Source of the DNA: Candidatus Azotimanducaceae bacterium
GTDB taxonomy: Bacteria; Pseudomonadota; Gammaproteobacteria; Pseudomonadales; Azotimanducaceae
Length of the DNA: 64,000 nucleotides
Direction of reading: 5' to 3'
Assembly (NCBI GenBank): GCA_965216695.1
Contig: OZ244212.1
Span: 4,128,035 to 4,192,034, forward strand
Part shown: positions 53,579 to 63,772 of the stretch, piece by piece
Numbering within the stretch: position 1 is the first letter of the stretch
Layout of the letters: the number at the start of each line of letters is the position of its first letter
Notes under the pieces: generated by a model
The model's database searches: none
Told to the model about the DNA's origin: nothing
Seen by the model: only the letters and a program-made list of their open reading frames with translations
Position numbers and translations under genes: made by a program

Positions 53579-54151
53579 TCAGCGCGTCTCGGGAAATGGT
53601 GGTGTAGCGCCCGGCGGTAGTTCCACCTCAAAGCCGTTCAGCGTCATCGACACCAGCGTATAGAAACCGCAGAGAGCTATCAGTTCGGCAACGCCTGATT
53701 CGCCGAACAATTCCTTGGCCCGGTTGAACGTTTGATCGGCGAGGCGTTTCTGCGTCTGCATCTCGTTCGCGAGTGCGTAGGCCGCCTCGTCCCGCGGATC
53801 GTCGAATACAGGCCGGTCGCCGCGCTTAATGCTGCCGATCACGGTGTCGGGGACCCCGGCCTCGCGCGCCATGGGCTCATGCGCCCACCACTCGAACTGA
53901 GCTTGCCAATGCGCGCCGGTTGTCAGGATCACGAGTTCAATGTATCGGCGGGCTACGCTGGTGTGGAACCGGAAGTACCCGCCGAGGTCGACGAGACGGC
54001 GCCCGAGCTCTGGACTGCGCAGCCAGATGTCGAACGGGCCGCCGATGTGTCCGTCGTGCGGCCGTACCGGTCGGTTCGCGACAATGTGGTCGAAGACCGC
54101 TTGCTGCGCCTCGGTCAGCTGATTGTACTTTTTGGTTTCTATTCGTGACAT
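53579..54151 (-). CDS. carboxymuconolactone decarboxylase (AhpD-like) family protein
   Basis: All-helical ~190 aa with ELVILTTGAHWQAQFEWWAH, typical of the CMD family. Confidence 0.65.
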   Translation of the reverse strand: MSRIETKKYNQLTEAQQAVFDHIVANRPVRPHDGHIGGPFDIWLRSPELGRRLVDLGGYFRFHTSVARRYIELVILTTGAHWQAQFEWWAHEPMAREAGVPDTVIGSIKRGDRPVFDDPRDEAAYALANEMQTQKRLADQTFNRAKELFGESGVAELIALCGFYTLVSMTLNGFEVELPPGATPPFPETR

Positions 54152-54173
54152 GACTGTTCTCGGTCGTGAGGCT

Positions 54174-54845
54174 TCAGGAGATGGTCAACGCTGCGGTTTC
54201 GTCTGAACTTTCTACGAGCACAGTACGCGCCCGGGTCTCGACGCGTGCGCGCAGTTGAGGGTTCCCCTCGCTGACCGGAATCTGCAAATCCAGAGCGTCG
54301 AAGGTGTCCGTCAGATCTGCCGCGTTTGGCGTTACAACGGATAGCTCTGTGAAATCACCGCCGTGCGGGCTGGTAGCCCTCGGGTTCGCGCAATGCATCC
54401 AGTCAATAAAAAACGGCATGCGCGCGCCGTGTTGTGATTGGCTCGGAAACAACAGTTCCCACATCAGGGTGGTCCCGTCTGTGCCCTGGCGTTCTGTACG
54501 ACGCGGCCCGGCGCTCGCTATCTCGAGACGGGAAAGCGTTTGTGCGATGGCGTGCAGGTTGCCCTCCACGGCCCAGGTCACAAGGCCGTGATCAGTCAGG
54601 TTAGCGAATCGCTCTCCTAGTGTGCCCGGGAGCGACTGCGCAGGATCCGGGGCAATGATTTCGAGATATATCGACCCCAACGACAGCAGTGCGTTGCGGG
54701 TGCCCAAGCCCACGTGTTCACCGCCATAGGCGGGCGTTGTCCCGAATGTGTCCCCGCACCACTCGACACCTTCGTCGAGCGAACGAAACGCGTACATAAG
54801 ATGGTCGATTCGCGGTGTCACAGCCGCGATGTCATCAAAAGGCAA
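54174..54845 (-). CDS. VOC/glyoxalase-like domain protein
   Basis: IDHLMYAF...YLEIIAPDP... is a glyoxalase-like pattern. Low-information call. Confidence 0.55.
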   Translation of the reverse strand: MPFDDIAAVTPRIDHLMYAFRSLDEGVEWCGDTFGTTPAYGGEHVGLGTRNALLSLGSIYLEIIAPDPAQSLPGTLGERFANLTDHGLVTWAVEGNLHAIAQTLSRLEIASAGPRRTERQGTDGTTLMWELLFPSQSQHGARMPFFIDWMHCANPRATSPHGGDFTELSVVTPNAADLTDTFDALDLQIPVSEGNPQLRARVETRARTVLVESSDETAALTIS

Positions 54846-54869
54846 ACAGCGATTCAGCGAATCGAAAAA

Positions 54870-55076
54870 TCAATCCAACGTGAACCCAATCTTCGTCGTT
54901 ACCTGCCAGTGTTGAATCTTGCCGTCCTCCAGATGGCCGCGTACGCCCATCACTTCGAACCAGCGCAGGTTGTGCAGCGTCTCCCCGCTCCGAGCGATCG
55001 CGGACTGGACGGCGTCTTCAATGGATTCCGCGGACGAGCCGGTGATCTCTATCGTTTTGTAAACATGGTCTGACAT
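54870..55076 (-). CDS. dodecin family flavin-binding protein
   Basis: The 68-aa product [42 protein letters not shown]...W matches the dodecin pattern. Confidence 0.85.
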   Translation of the reverse strand: MSDHVYKTIEITGSSAESIEDAVQSAIARSGETLHNLRWFEVMGVRGHLEDGKIQHWQVTTKIGFTLD

Positions 55077-55197
55077 GAAACCCTCGTTGTGATTGGTCGG
55101 TTAACCCATCATACAAGAGTCCATACGCACTTTGATTCCGGCTGAAAAATTTCCCGGAGAACGTATCCGGTGAACGTACATGATGATGCGTGTGCGT

Positions 55198-55308
55198 TTA
55201 ACCGACGAGTACGTTCAATATGACCAAGCCGGTCGCTATCAGGGTACCACCCAACAGTAACGCGAGCGTTCCTGCGGTAACCGCCTTCTGAGGTTGTTCG
55301 AGCCACAT
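55198..55308 (-). CDS. possible 36-aa single-TM microprotein
   Basis: A GAGGA SD lies ~9 nt before ATG 55308. The product is MWLEQPQKAVTAGTLALLLGGTLIATGLVILNVLVG. There is no other support. Confidence 0.25.
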   Translation of the reverse strand: MWLEQPQKAVTAGTLALLLGGTLIATGLVILNVLVG

Positions 55309-55453
55309 GGTATTCAATCCTCGTTTGCTGCCGATGTTGCTGATGTGTTTCGTTAGCGGCAGTTTGAGGCGTGCGGGGGGATGCACCTATAAGGACTTTC
55401 CGAGAGGCGTGACTGTGTGTGTAGAAATGACCCGTGTGGGCGTGTGGGACCCG

Positions 55454-56677
55454 TCACGACCAGGCGGGTAACGACCGCCAGTCGTCATCGGTGCCGAGCG
55501 CGGCAGCCTCGGCATCGTAGCTGTAGAGCCAGTGTTGTTGAGGAGAGAAGCCGCCATCGAGCCGCTGGTTGGTCTGACGGAAACGCTCATTTCGTTCGGC
55601 GACGGCATCCGGGTCGTCCAGGTGATACCAGCGCTCACCGTTGCGGGATTGCTGCACCATCAGGTTTGCGCGGTTCCGCCTCAACATCTGGTAGCGCTGT
55701 AGTGCGTCATCCGGCGTGTCGGCATGCAACTGGAGTGTGCGCGCCAGCACCCACGCATCTTCCAGTGATTGAACCGCGCCTTGTGCATGGTAGGGCAACA
55801 TGGCGTGGGCTGCATCGCCGAGGAGTGCGATGCGGCCGTCAACCCAGTCGGTGAGCGGATTGCGATCAAACAGAGCGGTAACGAACGTGCGTGGGGTGGC
55901 TTCGATGACGCACTTCGGGCGATCGTACCAGCCGTCGAACGCCGCAAGGACTTCCTCCTTCGTAGCCGTCTGCGACCACGACTCGCGTTTCTGGTCGTGG
56001 GCTTTTCCCAGCGCCAGCCAGTTCAACCGCGTACCTGCGCTCACGTAGTAGTACACGAACGACAATCTCGGTCCCATATCGACATGCGCTGACACGGGAA
56101 TGTTCAGCTGAGCGATTGCGTCGCGCTCGACGACTCCCCGCCACGAGACGTACCCCGACGCCCGGGGCGGTTCGGGTTGGAACATCTGTTCACGCACCAC
56201 AGAGTGGATACCATCGGCGCCGATCAGCAAATCTGCGTGCTCAATGGTGCCGTCTTCGAATCGGGCCCAGGCGCTCCCATCGGATTGCCCAACGTCCGCG
56301 ACCTTCGTCCCCATACGTAGCTTGGAACGGTTCAGCGGCGCCGTCAGAGCTGAGATCAGGTCGGCGCGGTGGGCGTGGTAGTACGCGCAACCGTACGCGT
56401 CCAGCACCTTTGGCATGAGCGGTGTTTGCAGCACCGTTTCGCCGGTATCCCACACGCTGTACCGATGCGCGTCGGGAGCGGTGCAGAACTCGGTCAATTG
56501 TTGTCCGATGCCCAGCCGGTCCAGTACCCGCACGCCGTTAGGGCTTAGTTGAATGCCTGCTCCCACGGTCTCAAACTGAGTTGCCTGCTCCAGCAGAAGG
56601 TAGTCGATCTCAAGCTGTTCGAAGGCCAGCGCGAGGGCTGTTCCGCCAATCCCTGCGCCGACGATGATTACTCTCAT
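55454..56677 (-). CDS. FAD-dependent aromatic monooxygenase (salicylate hydroxylase-like)
   Basis: MRVIIVGAGIGGTALA (GxGxxG) and LLGDAAHAMLPYHAQGA. Confidence 0.85.
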   Translation of the reverse strand: MRVIIVGAGIGGTALALAFEQLEIDYLLLEQATQFETVGAGIQLSPNGVRVLDRLGIGQQLTEFCTAPDAHRYSVWDTGETVLQTPLMPKVLDAYGCAYYHAHRADLISALTAPLNRSKLRMGTKVADVGQSDGSAWARFEDGTIEHADLLIGADGIHSVVREQMFQPEPPRASGYVSWRGVVERDAIAQLNIPVSAHVDMGPRLSFVYYYVSAGTRLNWLALGKAHDQKRESWSQTATKEEVLAAFDGWYDRPKCVIEATPRTFVTALFDRNPLTDWVDGRIALLGDAAHAMLPYHAQGAVQSLEDAWVLARTLQLHADTPDDALQRYQMLRRNRANLMVQQSRNGERWYHLDDPDAVAERNERFRQTNQRLDGGFSPQQHWLYSYDAEAAALGTDDDWRSLPAWS

Positions 56678-56829
56678 GTGATGGAGCCGTTGTGAGGCCG
56701 GGACTCGGATGCTACGACGGCGCGGGTATTCGTGCCACCAACGGTTTCGGTTTCCCTCGAACGCGAGACCGGGACGTCACTTCCCTGTGGATCGTCCCGG
56801 AAACCGTAATACGTGGCGTCAAGAAACCA

Positions 56830-57921
56830 CTACGGACAGGAGGTGGAGCCCACGATCGTGCCGGGCGAGACTAGCGTGTCCGCTTTAGCGCTTAAACACT
56901 CGATCGCCCCGACTTCGTTCGGATTGAAGTTATGCCGTACCAGCAGCGTAGAGAAGTCAAACAGTCGAATTATTGCGGACGCCATCTGAACTGGAGTGTT
57001 GCTCAGCTCGCGCAATTCGATGTATGACGATCCCTCAGCCGCGAACTCGGCCAACGTTTTGCTTCCGTTTGCGACGTGCGCGCCTCCGAACATGCCGAGG
57101 CGGCTGCGACGGGAGGCGAATACGCCATTGGTAAGGCTTGTGTTGAACAGTTCCGCGAAGGAATCGTTGACGATCTCCATGGCGAACGAGGTGTCAATGC
57201 CGAAACCGATTTCGCTGTCCACCGTGGTGAGGGACGAATGGCCTGCCACGAGGAATGAGCGGAACCCGGCGATGCTGCTGTTGGAAACGTTTGCCGAGCT
57301 TGCCGCGCGTACCCAAACCGCGGGCCCCGATGACAGACCGTTGCCGTGAATGGTACAGCCGTCGCAGTTGAATTCGGAGCCGTGGTCCACCAATACGCCT
57401 GCGGTCGCGGGCGTCTGACCGTTGGCCTCGACCCGGAGATTGCTGCCACTCACGGAGGCATCTTCCAGCGTCATCCCGCCTGCGAGGTTCTCGGAAACAA
57501 CCAGATCGCTGAGGCTGATGCGGTGATTCGAGTCAGTGACGAGAATACCGACGTCTCCGCCGGAAATGAACAAGCCCTGGATTGCCACGTTGGAAACATG
57601 GTGCAGTTCGAGCGCGGGAGCACCTTCCATGCCCTGGATACCGTGAGCGCCCAAGCCGACCGCCCGAATCAGGACGTCGCTCCGAGAAATCACCACGGCT
57701 TCGTGACACACGCCGGAGACAACGACTTCAATGTGGTTCGGGTCGGCACGGCGCAGCGCGTTGTTGATGCTGTCGCCAGAATCGCAATCGACCGCCACTA
57801 CCGGGTCGGGTCGTGGTGGCATGCCGTGCGCGGCGCCGACCGCCGCGCATACGACCCATACGATGGCCCAAACGGCGGGCCTCGACCGGCCTCTGCTTCC
57901 TGCGGAATGCTTCGTGAACAT
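56830..57921 (-). CDS. secreted right-handed beta-helix-like repeat protein, hypothetical
   Basis: Signal peptide PAVWAIVWVVCAAVGAAHG. Short repeats rich in V/I-x-G/N/S (VSNVAIQGLFISGG, ISLSDLVVSEN, VSGSNLRVEAN, CDGCTIHGN) follow. It lies 153 nt downstream of the kinase gene on the same strand. Confidence 0.55.
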   Translation of the reverse strand: MFTKHSAGSRGRSRPAVWAIVWVVCAAVGAAHGMPPRPDPVVAVDCDSGDSINNALRRADPNHIEVVVSGVCHEAVVISRSDVLIRAVGLGAHGIQGMEGAPALELHHVSNVAIQGLFISGGDVGILVTDSNHRISLSDLVVSENLAGGMTLEDASVSGSNLRVEANGQTPATAGVLVDHGSEFNCDGCTIHGNGLSSGPAVWVRAASSANVSNSSIAGFRSFLVAGHSSLTTVDSEIGFGIDTSFAMEIVNDSFAELFNTSLTNGVFASRRSRLGMFGGAHVANGSKTLAEFAAEGSSYIELRELSNTPVQMASAIIRLFDFSTLLVRHNFNPNEVGAIECLSAKADTLVSPGTIVGSTSCP

Positions 57922-58074
57922 GGTTTTCTCTCCCCGTTACTTGTGACTCGACTGATGCTCTTGCCCTCATGCGGAGGGCCCTCATTGATACATGCGCAAA
58001 CGCGGGCCGAATCCGGACACGCTCCGGCCTGCGCTGGTCGGCAGGGTTCGCAGCATAGGAAGTGTTAAGAACGA

Positions 58075-60534
58075 TTAGTCCGCGGAAGCGATCTCTCGGG
58101 CATCGCGTACGAGGCGCGTGGATCCGAATCGCCGCGCGAGAATGGGTGCTGCTTCTGTAACCAGGCGATGCCCGCGGGTAAACTGGCCATCGTCAATGAA
58201 CGCGCGGCCTAACCAGTAACGGATGTGGGCGAGCTGCCAGTGGTCCGCACCCAGGCGGGCTAATGCCGTCTTGGTTGCGTCCTCGAGCAGGCGGATTGCT
58301 TCTGTTGGTCGGCCTTCTTCAACCAAGACCGCGGCGAGCGCAAGACGCGCACTTTCCAGTGCTCCGGAACCTTCCGGAGAGAATCGGAGATGCAGGTCGA
58401 GGGCCCGTCGCGCGAGCTGATGTGCTCGCTGCAGATCACCGAGCATTCGTTCCGCCTGCGCAAGATTGGCGGCCACTACGGCCACGTTCGCGTGCTCGGC
58501 GCCGAATTCGCCTTCGAACACCGCGAGTGTCTGTTCCAAAAGTAACTTCGCTTCGACCGGCCGGTCGCGTTCCAGCAACAGTTTGGCGAGGTTGTTTCTG
58601 CTGTAACCCACGCTGGGGTGGGCTTCGCCGAGCGTTTGCACCCGACCCTCGAGAACCGCGCGAAATTCCGCTTCGGCACGGACATAGTCTCCCATGCGGC
58701 GAAGCATTACCGCAAAATTGTTGCGCGTTTGCAGAGTTTCAGGGTGGTTCACGCCATGCGTGCGGGTCGCCGTGGAAATGACCTCGTTGTGAACGCTTTC
58801 TGCGTCTTCGTACGCCCCGGCGCGGGAGAGCATCCACGCGAGGTTGTGCATGGCCGTCTGTGTGCGCGCGTCGTCGGGACCTGCGACCCGTTTGAGCAGG
58901 TCTACGGCCGATTGTGAAATTGCGATCGCTTCACTGCCACGGCCGGAGTGACCGAGAAGCGACGCGAGTCGATCCAAGCTTTCGCCGATGTCGGGATCGT
59001 CGTCCGGCAGTGCCGACTTGCGCAGCGATAGCGCCTCGCGGGCGTCGTGTTCCGCCAGGTCGAACTGGCCGAGTTCGTCGTGCACGATGGAGGAAAGGTG
59101 CAGTGTGCGGGCGATGTCGGCGATAGCGTCGTTAGTGGGCGATGTCCGTTTGATTGCCAGCGCTCTGTCTAGGAGTGCTCTCGCATCGACGAACTGTCCG
59201 AGATGGGTGCGCACCCAGGCGAGTTCCAGCAGGAGCGCACGTTGCGTATCCGGCTGTGATTTCAGTCGATCGATGCGTTCGCTGCCTCTACGCAACAGGT
59301 CGTTGATGCTGGGTTGCGCATTGGTGTGCACGAACGGATCCGCGCTTCGGAACAGGTTCTGTAGAAACGTGGCGATTTCTTGTGCTTTCGAGGTCTCCAC
59401 CCGTGCCGCGTGCAGAGCGCGCTCGATCTCCGCTGCGCTGCGTTGAGAGACGAGTGTAAGTGACGTGAGCAGGATCAGAATGCTCGTTAGAGCTGCCACT
59501 GGCCAGCGGTATCGTCGCAGGAATTTACGTAACCTGTAGAGGACGTGCGGTGGGTGGGCGGTAACCGGCAGATCGTTCAGATGCCGATTCAGATCGTCGG
59601 CGAGCGCCGTTACTGATGGGTACCGGTCATCGGGCGCAGCAGCCTGAGCACGCGCAACAATTGCAGCCAAATCGGGGTGTGCTTTAGCCGTTGCGAGCAC
59701 GTCTCCAAGCAGGACGCCGAGTGCGAAAATATCTACGGCGGTCGTAACGGGCTCGGCCCGTAGATGTTCTGGCGCTGTATACCCCGGTGTCGCATAGCGG
59801 TGTCCTTGCTCCTCTTCTGTTGCAGCCTCTTGGAGAACATGCGCGATACCGAAGTCCAGCAGCGTTACTTTTGCGGCACCACCGGCGGGTTCACTCACGA
59901 GAATATTCGTCGGTTTGATGTCGCTGTGTACAATCAGCTGTGCATGGGCATGCGCAACGCCTTCGCACACCTGTTGGAAAAGTCGTATGCGGGCTTTGGT
60001 GTCAAGCTGATGTGCGGTGCAGTACTCGACAATAGGGGTTCCCGCAACGTACTCCATTACGAGAAAAGGATGCCCGTCGTCGGTAAACCCGCCATCCAGC
60101 AGGTGCGCGATTGTGGGGTGCTGCAACCGTGCCAGTATCTGTCGTTCTGTAAGAAACCTGTTGCGGGCGGTATTGGTTTCAAAGCGACTGCGCAGGCATT
60201 TTACGGCGGCGGTCTGTTCGAAGCCTCCAGTGCGGCGGACGGCTTTGTAGACTACACCCATGCCTCCGGCGCCGATCAGTTCCACGGCATCGAAAGCACC
60301 GAACCGTTGCTGCGGCGGACTGTCCGCGATCAGCGGCGCAGCGCGCTCGGCTGCGGGTATCTCTAGAAAATCTTCAGTTGCCGCGTCGGCCTCGAGCAGC
60401 TGGGCTACGGCGTCGAACAGTGCCGGATTTCCCTTCGCTTGCGCTCGCAACCACGCAAGCCGTTTCTCAGGTGGAACTTCGAGCGCTTCGTCAAACAGCT
60501 GGAAAACATCCCTCCAGCTCGGCGTCCGGGTCAA
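58075..60534 (-). CDS. Ser/Thr protein kinase - TM - TPR protein
   Basis: Kinase motifs GAGGMGVVYKA, AAVKCL, HSDIKPTNILV and DFGIA, one TM (WPVAALTSILILLTSLTLV), then ~430 aa of TPR_12-type repeats. The start is proposed at TTG 60534, forming a TTGA overlap with the sigma-factor stop; the maximal ORF starts at GTG 60600. Confidence 0.85.
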   Translation of the reverse strand: MTRTPSWRDVFQLFDEALEVPPEKRLAWLRAQAKGNPALFDAVAQLLEADAATEDFLEIPAAERAAPLIADSPPQQRFGAFDAVELIGAGGMGVVYKAVRRTGGFEQTAAVKCLRSRFETNTARNRFLTERQILARLQHPTIAHLLDGGFTDDGHPFLVMEYVAGTPIVEYCTAHQLDTKARIRLFQQVCEGVAHAHAQLIVHSDIKPTNILVSEPAGGAAKVTLLDFGIAHVLQEAATEEEQGHRYATPGYTAPEHLRAEPVTTAVDIFALGVLLGDVLATAKAHPDLAAIVARAQAAAPDDRYPSVTALADDLNRHLNDLPVTAHPPHVLYRLRKFLRRYRWPVAALTSILILLTSLTLVSQRSAAEIERALHAARVETSKAQEIATFLQNLFRSADPFVHTNAQPSINDLLRRGSERIDRLKSQPDTQRALLLELAWVRTHLGQFVDARALLDRALAIKRTSPTNDAIADIARTLHLSSIVHDELGQFDLAEHDAREALSLRKSALPDDDPDIGESLDRLASLLGHSGRGSEAIAISQSAVDLLKRVAGPDDARTQTAMHNLAWMLSRAGAYEDAESVHNEVISTATRTHGVNHPETLQTRNNFAVMLRRMGDYVRAEAEFRAVLEGRVQTLGEAHPSVGYSRNNLAKLLLERDRPVEAKLLLEQTLAVFEGEFGAEHANVAVVAANLAQAERMLGDLQRAHQLARRALDLHLRFSPEGSGALESARLALAAVLVEEGRPTEAIRLLEDATKTALARLGADHWQLAHIRYWLGRAFIDDGQFTRGHRLVTEAAPILARRFGSTRLVRDAREIASAD

Positions 60535-61103
60535 GCCACCGGCTCCGCACCGGGCTCCTGGTTCAGTCGTTGATAAAGCCAGGCCCTGGCTTTCCGCCAC
60601 CCGCGGCGGACGGTGCGATCACTTACCCCGAGCGCGATCGATGTTTGTTCGTCGGTCAATCCTCCGAAGAATCGGCATTCTACAATCTCGCTGAGGCGCG
60701 AATCGATCTCCGATAGTTCGATCAGGGCAGCGTCGAGACTTACGATTTCCTCTGCGCATTCGTCGAGGGGCAATTCATCCATTTCGACATCCACGCGTCG
60801 AAAGCCATCACCGCGTTTGCGGGTACTTCGTCGGCGTGCCAGATCGACGACGATTTGGCGCATAGCGCGGGAAGCGGCGCCGAAGAAGTAACGTTGCCCT
60901 TCATAGGGCTTGCGGCCGCCTTGCGCAAGTTTCAGATAGGCCTCGTTGACGAGTGCGGTCGTTGATAACGTGAGATTGCCGCGTTCCGGATGCAGAGTCC
61001 GGTGGGCGATGATTCGCAGCTCGCTGTAGACGACGTCGAATAGGCGCTCCTCGGCGCCCGGTTCACCCATTCGGGCACTGTGGAGCAGATCCTGAATCGT
61101 CAC
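60531..61103 (-). CDS. ECF-type RNA polymerase sigma factor (kinase-associated ECF group)
   Basis: VTIQDLLHSARMGEPGAEERLFDVVYSELRIIAHRTL...ALVNEAYLKL (region 2) and FGGLTDEQTSIALGVSDRTVRRGWRKARAWL (region 4 HTH). GTG start. Confidence 0.85.
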   Translation of the reverse strand: MTIQDLLHSARMGEPGAEERLFDVVYSELRIIAHRTLHPERGNLTLSTTALVNEAYLKLAQGGRKPYEGQRYFFGAASRAMRQIVVDLARRRSTRKRGDGFRRVDVEMDELPLDECAEEIVSLDAALIELSEIDSRLSEIVECRFFGGLTDEQTSIALGVSDRTVRRGWRKARAWLYQRLNQEPGAEPVA

Positions 61104-61408
61104 GTGTACTTCCCAGCAATCGGACGCGCGATGCAGCAGCCTCGCTGCCGACCGATCGTGGAAGTTTAGGGGATCAGTGGGCCGCAGGGTACCCTCAGAA
61201 AATACGACGATGTCAATGAAATGTGAGTCTGTAACGTCAGTCTTGCGCGTACCCCGATGATGAATTTGCCAGGCGAGAACGCGGACTACCGCGCGATAAA
61301 AGGGTGCGCGGCAGAAAAAACGATGACAACTGACGTCGGCGATCTCGTTGCGCGTTGGGTAGCCGGTCGATGATATGCTTGAGTGCTCGACGGAAACGCG
61401 GATGATTT

Positions 61409-62689
61409 ATGCAGTTCGGCATTTTCTACGAACATCAGTTGCCGAGACCCTGGCACCCGGGCTCCGAACAGCGCCTATTTCACGAAGCGCTCGAACAGGT
61501 GGAACTCGCAGACCGGCTGGGCCTTGATTACGCCTGGGAAGTCGAACATCACTTTCTGGAGGAGTACTCACACTCAAGCGCTCCGGAGGTGTTTCTCGCG
61601 GCTTGCTCCCAGCGCACGAAGAACATTCGCCTCGGGCAGGGTATTCGCCAGGTGATTCCCGGCTACAACCATCCCGCGCGCACGGCAGAAGTCATCGCGA
61701 CGTTGGACCTCGTGTCGAATGGGCGCGTCGACTTCGGTACCGGCGAATCTTCCGCAGAATTGGAACTGGGCGGGTTCGGGGTTCCGGTCGCCGAGAAGCG
61801 GGCGATCTATCTGGAGGCGACCGAGCAGATTGCCAATATGCTGGCCATGGATCCGTATCCAGGATTCGATGGTCGGTACTTTTCCATGCCGTGTCGTAAC
61901 GTCGTGCCCAAACCGGTGCAGAAACCGCACCCGCCGTTGTGGGTAGCGTGTTCGCAGCGCGAGACCATCCGTATGGCGGCTCGTTTGGGTATCGGGGCGC
62001 TCACATTTGCGTTCGTAGATCCGCTGGAAGCTCGGGAGTGGGTCGACGAGTATTACCGCATCATCCGAAGCGACGAGTGCGTGCCGATCGGGCACGCGGT
62101 TAATGCGAACATCTGCATGGTATCCAGTTTTTCCTGTCACGAAGATCGTGAACGTGCGATCCGCAACGGCCTGGAAGGTTTCGAGTTCTTCGGCTTTGCG
62201 CTCGGCAGCCTGTATGGTTTTGGTGAACATCGGCCGGGACGGACGAACCTGTGGGAACAGTTCCGGAAAGCGCAGGCAGCGAAAAGCGAGTTAGAGAGCA
62301 CGGACTACAACAATGCGCTATCGGGTAGCGCGGGTGGTATCGGTACGCCCGAAGATCTCCGCACACATTTGCGCAAGTTCGCCGACGTGGGAGTGGACCA
62401 GGTAACGTTCATTCAGCAGGCTGGCAACAATCGACACGAAGACATCTGTCACTCACTGGAACTTTTTGCGTCCGAAGTGATGCCGGAATTCAAGGCCCCG
62501 GAGGCGAAGCGGCAGGCGCAGAAGGCAGCGGAGCTCGCGCCCTACATAGATGCCGCGATGGCGCGAAAAAAATTCATGCCGGCGCCGGCGGATGAGGACA
62601 TTCCGGTGTTTCCCGCACTCGGCCGCAAGATCAGCGAAGAGAGCTCGAACGAGGCGCGCTCCATCTATTCGGAGCCCTCTGCCGGCTGA
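61409..62689 (+). CDS. LLM-class (luciferase-like) flavin-dependent monooxygenase
   Basis: MQFGIFYEHQLPRPW...HHFLEEYSHSSAPEVFLAA...RLGQGI is typical of luciferase-like monooxygenases. Confidence 0.8.
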   Translation: MQFGIFYEHQLPRPWHPGSEQRLFHEALEQVELADRLGLDYAWEVEHHFLEEYSHSSAPEVFLAACSQRTKNIRLGQGIRQVIPGYNHPARTAEVIATLDLVSNGRVDFGTGESSAELELGGFGVPVAEKRAIYLEATEQIANMLAMDPYPGFDGRYFSMPCRNVVPKPVQKPHPPLWVACSQRETIRMAARLGIGALTFAFVDPLEAREWVDEYYRIIRSDECVPIGHAVNANICMVSSFSCHEDRERAIRNGLEGFEFFGFALGSLYGFGEHRPGRTNLWEQFRKAQAAKSELESTDYNNALSGSAGGIGTPEDLRTHLRKFADVGVDQVTFIQQAGNNRHEDICHSLELFASEVMPEFKAPEAKRQAQKAAELAPYIDAAMARKKFMPAPADEDIPVFPALGRKISEESSNEARSIYSEPSAG

Positions 62690-62826
62690 CGTTGCACCAC
62701 ACTCTGCCGGGGCGCTTTCGGTATGTCCGACCCGGCAGCGTTGGGGTGGCGAACGGTCATTGGGGTGCGTTGACTTGGCAAGCCCGACGGCCGACCATTC
62801 TAAAATCAGAGAGCAGGGGAAGGTCT

Positions 62827-63753
62827 ATGGCGTTGAGAGTCAAACACTGGATTACTCGCGGCATGACGGCCTGCTGCGTCGCCGCGATCTGGGCGCAAGC
62901 CGCAATTGCGGAGATTACCGCGCCGGAAGTGCACAAAGCCGTATCTGAGATGGCTGCGGAAATCGAGCAGGTGCGGTTCATCATCGGTCGCCCGCAGATC
63001 GAATACCGCAAATACGAAATCTACGACACACAACCACGGCATCTGTATTCGGTTGCTCGCTCTACGTTTTTGCGCGTGAATCAGCTGGCGGGTGAACTCG
63101 CGGGTGCTCAGCGGCGCGAGATCGGACCCCCACCCATGGAAGAGATTACGTTGGAAGACGCGATGGACATGGTCGGTCAGGTCCGTGCGCAATTGCAGTT
63201 GGTGAAGCGTGCGCTCGCCATCGACCTGCCTGCGCCGGAGCAGAAACTGAATCGGCGTGCGGATCTGAATGACGCGTTGCTTGTGCTTGGGGACGCGGGC
63301 CGGCAGATGAACGTGGTAATCGGTCGCAACATCGAATGGGCGGCGTTCTACGATCAGGTTGCGCTGGCAATGACCTATGTGGCGGGTGCGTTGCCGGAGG
63401 GTGAACGCTACCCGCCGTTGCCGCCGCTCGAACCCGGTAAGAGCGCACCCGACATTTTTGTGGCGATCGACCGCGTCCGTAACGTGGCTGCGAGGATAGC
63501 CAAGGAGCATGAGGTTGCGATATTGCGCAGCAGCGTGCCGAACGAACGGACCACCCTGCCTAAGCTCACGGAACTGGAAGCGTATGATCTGATGACGATT
63601 GCGTTGGCGGACCTGGCCGAATTGACGCTCGCAATGGAAGCGGCGGACGTCGATCCGCCGCCCTACGCCAGACCGCAGAATCTAGTGGGGTCGCACGTCC
63701 ATCAACTATTAAGTGGTCTACATCGTCAGCTGGAGATGGTAGCGGAACTCTAG
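62827..63753 (+). CDS. secreted all-helical hypothetical protein
   Basis: GGGGAAGG SD before ATG 62827. Signal MALRVKHWITRGMTACCVAAIWAQAAIA, followed by repeated amphipathic helical segments. Confidence 0.5.
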   Translation: MALRVKHWITRGMTACCVAAIWAQAAIAEITAPEVHKAVSEMAAEIEQVRFIIGRPQIEYRKYEIYDTQPRHLYSVARSTFLRVNQLAGELAGAQRREIGPPPMEEITLEDAMDMVGQVRAQLQLVKRALAIDLPAPEQKLNRRADLNDALLVLGDAGRQMNVVIGRNIEWAAFYDQVALAMTYVAGALPEGERYPPLPPLEPGKSAPDIFVAIDRVRNVAARIAKEHEVAILRSSVPNERTTLPKLTELEAYDLMTIALADLAELTLAMEAADVDPPPYARPQNLVGSHVHQLLSGLHRQLEMVAEL

Positions 63754-63772
63754 CAGCGGCGCCTGCGCGCGC

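Noticed and set aside
61237-61422. 61-aa minus-strand ORF in the sigma-factor / LLM intergenic region
   Set aside because: It is Arg/Ser-rich with no SD, overlaps the start of the LLM gene, and has no supporting features.
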